This document shows, piece after piece, positions 25,501 to 38,346 of a stretch of 64,000 nt of DNA (its first letter is position 1; every line of letters begins with the position of its first letter). A program made the translations under genes and the position numbers. This DNA comes from Eledone cirrhosa (Eukaryota), in assembly GCA_964016885.1 (NCBI GenBank), contig OZ024742.1, forward strand, positions 261,082,001 to 261,146,000. The letters run 5' to 3'. The notes under the pieces are model-generated. The model saw only the letters and a program-made list of their open reading frames with translations, was not told the origin of the DNA and searched no databases.

Positions 25501-28500
25501 TATGTCTTTACTCTCTCTCTCTTTTTCCCTACCTCTCCCATTTCTCCCTTTTCTCTAACCCTCTCTTTTTTTCTTGCTATCTGTCTATCACTTTCTGTAT
25601 TTTCATTTACACCCTTCTCTCTCTCCCTCTCCCCCAAAATGGAAAATCCAACGTATTTTCAAGCCTCCCTAATGTTTTATAAACAAACCAAATGTTGTTT
25701 ACACTTCTAGCTTCTAAAAGACAGTAATTAGTAGTCAGGTGCATTATGGTGTAATGCTTAACCCTTTAGCATTTAAACCAGCCATATCCGGCCAGAATTC
25801 TTTCACCTCTTTCTGTTCAAACCATCCATAACTGGCCACTCATACTGACATTAAGGTATTGGTCTCAAAATAAATAATATCAAAATCTCATAGATTCGAT
25901 ATTATGTGAGAAATTATGTCAGATAAAGCCTTTACTGTGAAAATACAATAGTATGTATAGAGCAATGTAAATGCTAAAAGGTTAAACATGCACAGTTTGA
26001 TTCCTGCTGCTATTTCTGTCTACTTTTTCTATATATCTAACTTATTCATCTATTATTTATAGTTATCTGCATTGTGGTAGCTTCCCAAAAAGGTAAAGCA
26101 AACGTATTTTCAAATTACAAGTTTCCCCAATACTTAGTAAATTAACCAAATGCTGTTTGCATATATATTTAGATATCTTTCCCATTTTTCCTCACTGGAC
26201 ATGAAATCAAGATAATGGAGTATATGTTGCTACATTTCTCACTTATGCAGGTTTAGCTGCCTCACTAAGAGGTAGCGTATCATAGGAAGTTTTCTGTGTT
26301 ATCTTGTTACATCCCACCCTTGCATGCACGGAAAAGCGAACGTAAAATGAGGATGATGATGATCTCACACTTATGTTCTTTTAGCTCTCCTTCAATGAGG
26401 TTGCGTATCATAAGAGGTTTCTTAGATGTTTTAATGACAGGGTATTCAGTGATCTCATAAAATGACACAAATCCCAGCTGCTGCTGCTAGTACTCATTTT
26501 CTTTTTCATTTAACCTTTTAACATTTTCATTATTCTATATTTACTATTATATTTTCATAGTTAAAGGCTCTATCTCACATAATTATCTCACATAATATCG
26601 AATCTATGAGATTTTGATATTATTTATTTTGAGAATAATACCTCAACATCAGTACAAGAGGCTGGTTACAGCCAGTTTGAACAGAAAGAAGTGAGAGAAT
26701 GCTGGTCGGATATGACTAGTTTAAATGCTAAAGGGTTAAGTGGACTAGGGAAATATGATATTATTCAGTAGTAGATTACTGAGCCATTTATGATGAAGCC
26801 CTACTTGTTTTTTGTTGTTGTTGTTTGTTTGTGTGAGCAATAATGTTATCAGTTATAGGTTTCTAGTAGGCCACTCACTGATTCACTACATTTCTTGTTG
26901 ACAAAGGAATGTCTATGTAATTCAAGTGATATACACATCACAAAATACTTTTGTTTAACACACTAGTTTATCAGTAATTTATTGCTGACATCTAGACATA
27001 CATATATATCCTCTCTGGCACCTGTGTTTCATGATACCATAGATCTGCAGTTAGAAAGTCTTGCTTAACTCTTAACATCCTGTTATAATTTAGCAGAAAA
27101 TATAAAAAAAAACAGATTTGTCAATTCACATGTTTATAGTATCTTTACTAGTGGACATATTGCAATAAATTAAAGTAAATACTTCAATTTTTAATGTGAT
27201 GTTGTCATAATAGTGTCTTGTACTTCTCATGAATGTTTTACTAACGTGGCTTCATGTAGTATAGAATGTTAAACGAACATGGTGAGGCAACATTGAAGTG
27301 TCATCTGCAGGATGCCTTCCTGGCCAATACTATATGGAATATCAGTAGCTATCCATGCAGCAATGAGCTTTTCGCCATGCAACTGATGTCTAAAGGAAGA
27401 GCAAACGTTGATGCAGCTTAGCACTAGTGTTGTCACAAGAGTTGCCAGAACAAATATGAAAACAGCATTGAAAGGCTTAAGGATTCCAGTCCTGATTTGT
27501 AATTGATTAAATTGACCCCAGTACTTGATTGATACTGGTACTTTTTTTATTGACCCTCAAAAGATGAAAAGAAGAGTGATCTGAAACGGATTTGAACTTA
27601 AAACATACAGGGTCAGAACACATATTACAAGGCCTTTTGCTTAATGTCTAATGATTCTGCTATCAACTGCTCTTGAATGCTTAGTATAGGTCACACCATC
27701 CAACATGCTTCTTCAGAGCCTTCATCTACCCAAGGCATACGTCAACTTGAGGCTATGGCAAAGACGCTGTCCCCAACATGTCAAGCTGTGGGATCAAACC
27801 TGAGACCTCATGATCATGAAGGAAACCTCTTAAGTACTCAGCTATGCCTACTTTCATTATAACTGAATATTGGGCAGTGGATTGACAGCATCAGTAGAGC
27901 ATCAGACAATATGCTTTGCCGCATGGCCCATTAAGTTCTGAGTTCAAATCCTGCCAAGGTTAGCTTTGCCTTTCATCCTTACAGGGTCAATAAAATAAAG
28001 TACCTGTAACGCACAGGGGTCAATTTGATCGAACCCCCCCCCCCCCCCAATTGTTGGCTTTGTGCCTAAATCAGAAACCATTATAACTGAAATACCTAAT
28101 AAATGAATAACTAATTTGTTCAACTTGACATTTTTTTTGTCCCTCACAGGGTTTCATGGAGAACACAGTATTGTTCTATGGCAGTTACCACAATATTACA
28201 CTTGGAAATAACAAATACAACTACAACATGTCCTTGGCTTATATATTAGCCACCTTTACATTCTTTTTTGTCAGTTTTCTCGCCATAGTTTATAAGTAAG
28301 TTCTATATTCATTTCTAACATCCTTTAATGATTTAACAGAAAAATATCTCAAAACAAGTTTGTTGATGCAAATGTTTTTAATATTAGTGGACAGATTATG
28401 AAAGTTTGTAGTATTAGAGTAAAGGCTTTAATTTTTAATGTGATCCAGTTATTCCAGTGCTATATTGTACTTTTCAAGAATGTCTTACTTATATGGTTTC

Positions 28501-31306
28501 ATGCAGTATAATAATTTAGTAGAAAATATATAAAAACAGGTTTGTTAATTCAAATGTTTATAGTATTTTAACTAGTGGAGAGGCTGTTTTAAAAATTGAC
28601 AATAAACTAAAGTAAATACTAAAAGTCATAGTGTTGTTCTGTATGCCACAAGATCATTTTACTTATATGGTTTTATGCTGTACGGGACAATGAGAGTTAA
28701 GCTTTTCTGAAAAAGAGAGAAAAATCAGCTAAAATGTTTTCCTTGTTTGTTGATACATTGGTGACTAAATGGTTGTTGATACATTGGTGACTAAATGGTT
28801 GTTGATACATTGGTGACTAAATGGTTGTTGATACATTGGTGACTAAATGGTTGTTGGTACATTGGTGACTAAATGGTTGTTGATATATTGGTGACTAAAT
28901 GGTTGTTGATATATTGGTGACTAAATGGTTGTTGATACATTGGTAACTAAATGGTTGATACATTGGTGACTAAATGGTTGTTGATACATTGGTGACTAAA
29001 TGGTTGTTGATACATTGGTGACTAAATGGTTGTTGATATATTGGTGATTAAATGGCTGTTGATATATTGGTGACTAAATGGTTGTTGATATATTGGTGAC
29101 TAAATGGTTGTTGATATATTGGTGACTAAATGGTTTTTGATATATTGGTGACTAAATGGTTGTTGATATATTGGTGACTAAATGGTTGTTGATATATTGG
29201 TGACTAAATGGTTGTTGATATATTGGTGACTAAATGGTTGTTGATATATTGGTGACTAAATGGTTGTTGATATATTGGTGACTAAATGGTTGTTGATATA
29301 TTGGTGACTAAATGGTTTTTGATATATTGGTGACTAAATGGTTGTTGATATATTGGTGACTAAATGGTTGTTGATATATTGGTGACTAAATGGTTGTTGA
29401 TATATTGGTGACTAAATGGTTGTTGATATATTGGTGACTAAATGGTTGTTGATATATTGGTGACTAAATGGTTGTTGATATATTGACTAAATAGTTGTTG
29501 AATAGACCTAAGGTACACAGGTAGTAAAAATAGAGTATACATGTTAATGGAGTATACATGTCAATGGAGTATATATGTTAACAGAATATACATGTTAACA
29601 GAGTATACATGTTAACAGAGTATACAGGTTAACAGAGTATACAGGTCAACAGCGTGTACATGTTAACAGAGTGTACATGTTAACAGAGTATACATGTTAA
29701 CAGAGTATACAGGTTAACAGCTTACACATGTTAACAGAGTACACATGTTAACAGAGTACACATGTTAACAGAGTATACATGTTAACAGAGTATACATGTT
29801 AACAGAGTATACAGGTTAACAGTGTATACAGTTTAATAGAGTATACAGTTTAATAGAGTGTACATGTTAATAGAGTTCACAGGGTATTAAAAGAATCTCT
29901 CCATGTTCTTGTTATGTCTTTATTGAAGAGATTAATGGAAAGCTGATGTAAAATGATGATGATGATGGTTGACAGGAAAATGAATCATGACACCATCATC
30001 ATTTTATATTCATTTTCCATGGATTGGAAACTACCTAATCATGGTAAGATTTATAACAATTTTACAGCTCAATGCACTGTTGAAGCAAAGTGAAATTTAC
30101 TTTTGTGGAAGAATGATATCCCATTATATGTTGAGTATTCAAAACTACAGAGTGACATACACTCGAGTCCCAAATAATAGTGGGGGGTTGGACATTTGCT
30201 TAAATTCTTATAAGCAGGGATATGTGAATAAACGGTGAAGGGGGGGGGGGGGGTAATTGTATAGTGTAAATATGGGATTTCTTGTAATGTTCTTTTTTGT
30301 CATATGTAATTTTTTTTAAATATAAAATAAAATTATTATATTCTACAGCTGCTGTATCGATATGAATCACTTACAATAAAATTTTGATGGAGATAGATTA
30401 GCAAAATTTAATAAGCGGAGGTGGGGTGGAAAAAATCTGAAAAATTAATAAGCAGGCCAGGACGATTATTTGAGACCTGAGAGTACATAATGTTAAACAA
30501 TGAAAGAATAAGATAAGGTGCAGTAGTTGATTAATCCATTGTTTTATGATCGCTTCAGAAGGCAAAATTATTGATGTTCAAACTAAGGTCTGACCAGGTA
30601 TTACAAATTATGTATGCAGAGATTCAGCTTTGGCCTAAATTTTTCTATAAAAGACCTTTCTTTGTCAATACGCTTATATATATATAAGTATGAGCATTTG
30701 TATATCTATTGATATATGGTACATTGGTACATTTGTGAGTAAACATTTTGAAAGCCTTCAGCTATGAATTTTAGAAACTGATGATGTAGCACCATCTAGT
30801 GGATTCCAATAGAAACAAGGGTGGGTAACTGTTGATAACGACCATCATTCTGACTCTGGTCATTATCCAGACAGTGTTCCTTTACTCTGCTCTCTGCTGG
30901 AATCAATATAGGCAAAAACATATAGTTTTGACACCTATGTACATGGGCTGATTAGCCTCATTTGCATATAAAGCTGTCGGCCAGCTCAGCTGAAAAATAG
31001 CATTAAGGTGTTTGCTCTAGCATAGCTGTATACGTATGAGTATTTATATATCTAGCGATCGATGTACGGTATGTTTATGAAGAAACATTTTGAAAGCCTT
31101 CAGCTATGAATTTTGGAAACTGAAGATGTAGCACCAACTAGTGGATTTCAGCAGAAGCAAGGGTGGGTAACTGTTGATGACAAACATCAATAGTACAGTT
31201 GGGGCAATCTCCCTACCTAGGCTTATCTGGCCTCCTACAAAGTTGTATCCCATAAGAGGTTAGTTGGATATTTTAATAAGGGCTCCAGTCCTAAATATGT
31301 TGTTAT

Positions 31307-31350
<44 letters not shown>

Positions 31351-34300
31351 TCTCTCTAATATCCAGCATTGCCAGTGGAATCAAGGAGAACTTGGTCAAT
31401 CAACTCAGTACAGGTGTACCATTCTCCCAGAAAGTGTTTGCATCGTGGGATTTCTGTATAAAGAATGATAAGATAGTCCGATCGAAGAAAACTTGTCTCC
31501 TTCAAGAGTTGCGGGTAATTTACGATTGTTTCCATTCCTTTTGTTTTCCTTCTTTCTCTCTTTCTTTTCATTTCCCTCTTTCTTTTCATTTCCTCACTCT
31601 CTTTCTCTTTCTCTGCTTCCTTTCTCTTTCATCTTCCTCTAATCCTCTTTATTTTCTTCCACTCTCTCTCTTGTCTTCTCACTCTCATTCTCTCTCTTTT
31701 CTTCTCATTCCCTCTTCTTCTCGTCTTTTATTCATTCCTATTCGTCTCTTTCTTTTAATTTCCTTTTTTCCTTGTACTTGTTTTTTCTTTATTCTCTCCC
31801 TACCCAGACATGTATGCACAAAGATATTTATTATCACACATACACACACTCTTTCTCTTCATCATTGAACATACCACTTACATACTTATTCTTACATATA
31901 AACACATTCTTAATAATGTACACTTACACAGACACAGATATAGACACAATGTGGTGATGAATTGATGGATATCTTAAATCATGATCAGATTACATTCTCC
32001 CTTGAGTAATACAATTCTCTCTTCACATTATACCACACACATATACACACATACACATGCATACCTTCCCATACACATCATCATCATCATCATCACCGTT
32101 TTACGTCCGTTCTTCCACGCTAGCATGGGTTAGACGGGTTGTCCTGTTGTGTGCAGTGTCTGGTCGGCTGACCATGCCTTGCTCATACAGGAACTGATCT
32201 GGCTTGATTTCTACAGCTGGATGCCCTTCCTAACACCAACCTCATTTACAGTGAGTGCTGGGTGCTTTTTCGTGGCGCCTACACGTCCACTTTACAGTGT
32301 GGGCTGGGTGCTTTTTTGCCGTGGCACCTCCACGACCACCTTGCGGTGGGGGGTGTGGGGGCATATTGTTTATATGCTTCAGCATGTACCCATGGGAAGT
32401 CGGGTACCCTGTATTACTGCGTGACGCCAGAAGTCACGGTCGGTGTAATTGAGAGGTGTAATTGGGTAAGGTCGGCTTTTATCACCTCATCCCAGGTCAT
32501 CTTGGGTCTCCCCACTCCACGGTTTCCATCAACTTCTAGTGCTCTGCACCTTTTTATGCAGCTGTCATCCTTCATACGCATCACATGTCCATACCAGTGC
32601 AACCGCCTCTCCTGCACACAGCATTTGATTCCTCTTATGCTCAGCCTCTCTCTCAATTCATTTATGCTTTGTCGTTCACGTATATTACTGTTACACATCC
32701 ATCGGAGCATGCAGGCTTCGTTTCTCTCTAATCTACGTAAGTCTTCCACCTTCAGCGCCCAGTTCTCACTACCATGCAACATCGCTGTTTGGATACACGC
32801 ATCATACAGTCTGCCTTTCATTCTGAGAGAGAAGCCTTTTGCAGCTAGCAGTGGTAGTAGTTCCCTAAACTTCTTCCATCCCGTTCTTACCCTAGTTATT
32901 GTACTTTCTGAACACCCACCTCCGTTGCTAATTCGGTGACCTAGGTAGCAGAAGCTGTCTACTGTTTCTACAGGGCCCTCCCAGAGATTGGTGGTACTTG
33001 TTTCCTGTGGCTGTTTGCTGCTTGCTGTTTCAGCACAGCTGCTGCATGTGAATCCTACATTCTTAATTAATCTTCCTGAGATCCCGCTACATCTCTTGTG
33101 TACCCATTGTTTGCATTTGGGGCAGAGAATGGAGTTATATATATAGTAATACACTGTAATATAAAATGTATATTACAGATTTCTCTTTACAGCTTCATCT
33201 CTGTCTCTCTACATCTTCAGCCACACCTAGCTGTTCACCTCTGTTTTTCTACATCTCCAGCCATTCTTAACTGCTCACCTCTATCTGTATATATCCATCC
33301 TCACCTCAGTTAGTTGTTCACCTCTCTATGTACATCCCCAACCTCAACTAACTGTTCACCTCTCTCTACATCTCCAGCCTCACCTAACTATTCACCACTA
33401 TCTACATCTTTAGCTTCACCTAACTGTATATATCTAGGCTCACCTAGCTGTTCACCCCTCTCTGTATTATATCCATCCTCACCTCACCTAAGTGTTCACC
33501 TCTATCTCTACATCTCCAACCTTACCTAACTGTTCACCACTATCTTTGTATCCCCACTCTCACCTAGCTGTACATCTCCAACCTCACTTAGCTGTTCACC
33601 ACTTTCTCTACACCCCCAGCATCACCTGGCCGTTCACCTTTTTCTCTTCATCTTCAGGCTCACCTAGCTGTTCATCTCTCTCAGAATGTACCCAGCTTCA
33701 TAAGGTTATTCACCCTTCTCTACATCTCCAGCTTCTTCACCTTTTCCTGTCTGCTACTCCAACCTTACCTAGCTGTTCTCCTTTTCTTTTCTACTCCTCC
33801 AGGCTGATCTGACTTCCCAAAGAGAGAGCTGGGCTAAATCCAACCGTTTATTTAAGACAAAAGTGAAACTGTATACCACAAGAATTTTCATAAACATTCT
33901 AGTACTGTGTATCCTAGTTGGCAGTTTAGTTTTAATATACTACAGCAGTAACTTCCTCCTGTCAGTAAGTATATATTTTACATCTTATTTTCTGTGTGTA
34001 TGTGTAGATGTGGTGGTGTTTGTGGTTGGACTTTTTGTGAGGTGATGGTAGGGTTTGTGGAAGTGATAGTGGTGTTGATGATAGTTGTAATGGTGGTGCT
34101 TTAGTGGTGTGTGTGTGTATGTGCAGAAGCAGTGGTGTTTGCAATTGTACTTGTGGTATGGCGATGAAGGTTATAGTTGTAGTGGTATTTGTCGAAGGGA
34201 TAGTGGTGATGGTTGTTTTGGTGATTTGGGGTGGTGGTTGTGATGGTGAGGATCGATGCATTGTAGTGGTGGTGGTAATGGTGGACATTATAGTAGTAAG

Positions 34301-37300
34301 AATGATGATGATTGATATAGTAGTTAGTGGTATTTGTAGAAATGATGATGGCAGTGGTTATATTTGCAGTGGTAGTGGTGGTGGAGGTTGTAGTATTAGA
34401 AGTGATGGTGATGGTGATGGTTAAGGTAGTAGTAGTGGTGGTAAGGATGATGGTTGTAGTTGGAGTGTTTTTTTAGAAATGGTGGCAGTAGTGGTAGGTG
34501 CATATGTAGTGCTGATGGTAGTGGGAGTAGTTTTATTGAAGTTGTATATGTGGTAATGATGGAAGTTGTGGTTGTGGAGATGAAGGTCGTAGTAGTAGTA
34601 GTGATAGTAGTAGTTGTGGTAATGTTCCTTTCCCGTTGTATTATATTATTACATGCTACTCTTTTATTATTCTCTGTTGTTCCTATTCCATTCAATAAAT
34701 TTGTTTATATCAACATTTTTCCTTTTTTCTCTCTAATTAATTTCTATTGGTTTGTTTCTATTGTAAATCATCATCATCATCATCATCATCATATGTTCGG
34801 TTTTCCATGCTTGCCTAGGTTAGATGGGTTTTTTCCAGCATGGCATTCCTCCATTCATTACATTCCTTAGCCGTCTCCTCTGTGAGGTTTGGTGATTTGA
34901 GATCAGCTCTTGCAACCTCTGTCCAGGTCTTCCTTGGTCTTCCTCTATTGCAGCTTCCTTTCACTAGGAACTCCTAGCACTTCTTTACCCATTGATCATC
35001 ATCCTTACACATAAAATATACATATCAGCACAACTTTCTCTTTTACACACTACATTTGATTCCTCTTATACAAATTTTTTTTTTCTCAGCTCATCCATGC
35101 TTCATTGTACTATTAACATTACATATCTATCAAAACATGCTTGGTATATTTCTTTCCAGTTTTCACATATCCTCTGCATTAATTTCTCACAACTCTCTAT
35201 GATGCACACTGTGTATCAGCATCACATAGTCAGCCTTTCATTCGTAAAGGGAAACTTTTTATTGTAACATAGGTAGTAGCTCCCTGAATGTTTTCCATCC
35301 TGTTCTTATTCTAGCATCAATGTTCTCGGAGCAACCTCTTCCTCTCTAATTAAGTCACCTAGGTAGCGGAAACTATCAATCACTTCTTTGGAGCCTGAGG
35401 GATTGGAAAAAGTTCATTTCACAGATGTTCTTACTACCAACTATCCCTGTGAATCTGCAATGTTCAAAGCCAAGTTTACCTTTTCTGTTAGTCTACCTGC
35501 CATTCCACAACAACTCTTGTGTACTAAAGATTTACATTGTGTACATTATATAATGTTTCTACCTACTTCTTTTCTACATATCGTGCAAGGCACCTTCCCT
35601 GATGGTTTCAGGGTTCTGTCTTCTTTCCTACTTACTAAAACTTTGGTTATACTAAGTTTACGCTCAGCCCTTTTGATTCTAAGTTCTGTTTCCACAGCCG
35701 TATTTTTTTCTCAAGCTCTTTCACATATTCAGCTATAAGAACCAGATAGTCAGCACACAGAAGTTCCCATAGACAGCCAGTCTTAAACTCCTCTATTATG
35801 GGCTGGAGGACTATAGTAAACAAGAGTGGGGTGAGGACTGAGCCCTGATGAATACCTGCTTGCAGATTTAATTCCTCACTAAACACATTAGCTACTCTCA
35901 TTTTACTGACAGTTCCTCTACATCTGGGTTTCTTGAGGACGACCAGATGCTGGATATATTGGTGTACATTTGGCTAGGAACTTCTCATGCAGTTGTCACA
36001 TTAGAAGAGAGCATTTGTGGTGCTCCTTCCTGGCACAAAACCGAACTGCAATCTCATCTAATTTGACTCTTTCCTTAATTAGTTATGTTAGAACTCTTTC
36101 TGTCACTTTCTTTATTTGGTTCATCAGTGTTATGCCCCTGTAGTTGCTCCTATCTAGCACATGACCTTTTTCATTGCCATAATTAATGAGTATACTACTA
36201 CACTAGTCATTGTGTATAACCCCATCCTGTATTACCTGATTGACTTTGCGAGTGACTAATTCAGTTCCCATTTCCCAAGGCGATTTCAATATCTCAGTGG
36301 CTATCTCCGATGGTCTAGTGACTTTACCATTTTTCATCTCCTTGATTACTTTTTTTAACATTGATTGCTTTTTTGAACTGTTGGGTCAGCTAGGGTTGTC
36401 TCAAATCATATTCAGTATATAAATTGTGTTTATATGTAAATCACATTTATGTATATTGTGTTCCTATTGTAAATCATATTCATGTTCTAATAAAATCAAC
36501 ATTATTTCTGATTATTTAAAAAAGCAAGTCCTATTTTTATATTCTGCTTTGAATACATGTGGTGAATTGATAGAGTTGTTAGGAATGTCAAATTATATGC
36601 CTTGGTGTTTGTTCTGGCTCACTTCACTCTGAGTTCAAATCCTGTCACAGTCACCTTTGCATTTCATCCTTTTGGTATCGATAAATAAAGTACCAGTCAG
36701 AGCAATGGATTGATGGAATTGTTAAAGAGTCAGACAGGATGCTTTGCTGTATCAGATCCAGCTCAGTGTATTCTGAGTTCAAATCCTGCTTCCTTCTGCC
36801 AGATAGTATCAGCAATAAAAAGACCAAGGAAACATTTTTTTTGGTCTGATTTGATGATCAGCTTCTTTCTGTTTCCCCCTTTTCATTTGAATACATACCT
36901 TAAATCCTATTTTAATCAAAATTTTAAATCAGATTTATAAGCCTTTTCATACCAAACTGCTTGAAACCACCCTGGCTCTGATACAAACCTGTTTATTTTA
37001 CAGTATTTATATTTATTTAAAAACCTTTCATCACAATTCTATGTAAGAACTTTTAAGTTATGTTCAAAACAGCAACTTAATAACAAGAAAGTTAGTTATA
37101 TTACTAAATTCCTCCAAATTCTTGATTATTTTCAAAATGATTTGAAAGTTAAAGGCAGTGAATTTTATTAGAAATATTGTTATGAAAGGGTTAAATCAGA
37201 TTTTAAAATCCAGTGTGTAATTCAGTATTTTAATTCTGATATGTATCACTTTATCCTGTTTATTTTTTAGCTTCAGAAACAAACATTTGATAACACCTTC

Positions 37301-38314
37301 AAAGAGTTACTGATTGAGTTCTTACCTTCATTGATCATCAGCTTTCTCAATGTTTTTGTCCCAATTATCTTCAGCATTCTGATCCGACATGAAGACTACA
37401 CATCATCTTTTGAAGTGAAGCTGAAGTTGCTCAGGTATGTTAGTTGGCATCTTTAGTGAGCCGTGGATGGTTGTGTAGAGTCAATTACCATATATACTTG
37501 TATATAATCCCAGAAATATGTGACAAAAAAAAAAAAATAATAAAATGGGGAGTTGGCTTATATTCGAGGTCAATATTTTCCCAATTTTCTCCAACTTCAA
37601 AATTCTACATAAATGAGGTGCTACACCGGTTTCATTTTTAATATGAATTTGTATTTCCTATTTTTTTTTATTTTTATACGTTTTGAATGAATATGACCTT
37701 CAAAATTGATAATTGGTAAAAAAATCATTACATAATGGAGTTGTGAAACAAAAACTATACTCTAAATGACTTATTTATCCTGTATGTCTGTTATTTTTAC
37801 CATTTTGGGGGCTTATGTGCCCTGTTATTAGACTATTTTCTATAGTCTAACATACAGCAAATCTCAATCACTGTCATCTAGACACACGTGTTCCCTTATA
37901 TATGTATTTAATGTGTGTGTGTATGTACGTACGTATGTATATATATATATTACTCTATTATGTGTTCCAGTCGACAGGCTGGGGCAGAAGTGCATAGCTT
38001 AGTGGTTAGATGTTGGGCTTGCATTATGAGGTTGTGAGTTCGATTCTCAGACCAGGTGATGCGTTGTGTCCTTGAGCAAGACACTTTATTTCATGTTGCT
38101 CCAGTTCACTCAGCTGTAGAAAGGAGTTGTGATGTCACTAGTGCCAAATTGTATCAGCCATTGCCTTTCATTTGGATAACATCGGTGGCATGGAGGGAGG
38201 GGGGGGGGGGTTGCATGGGTGACTGACTGCTGATTTTCCACAAACAACCTTACCCAGATTTGTGCCTCAAAAGAGAAATTTCTAGATGCAAATCTCATGG
38301 TCATTCATGACCGA

Positions 38315-38346
<32 letters not shown>

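Noticed and set aside
28747-29500. CRISPR-like array
   Set aside because: Units are head-to-tail without unique spacers, the context is eukaryotic and there are no cas genes; it is a minisatellite
33962-34870. V/G/T/H-rich ORFs as real proteins
   Set aside because: They come from trinucleotide low-complexity DNA
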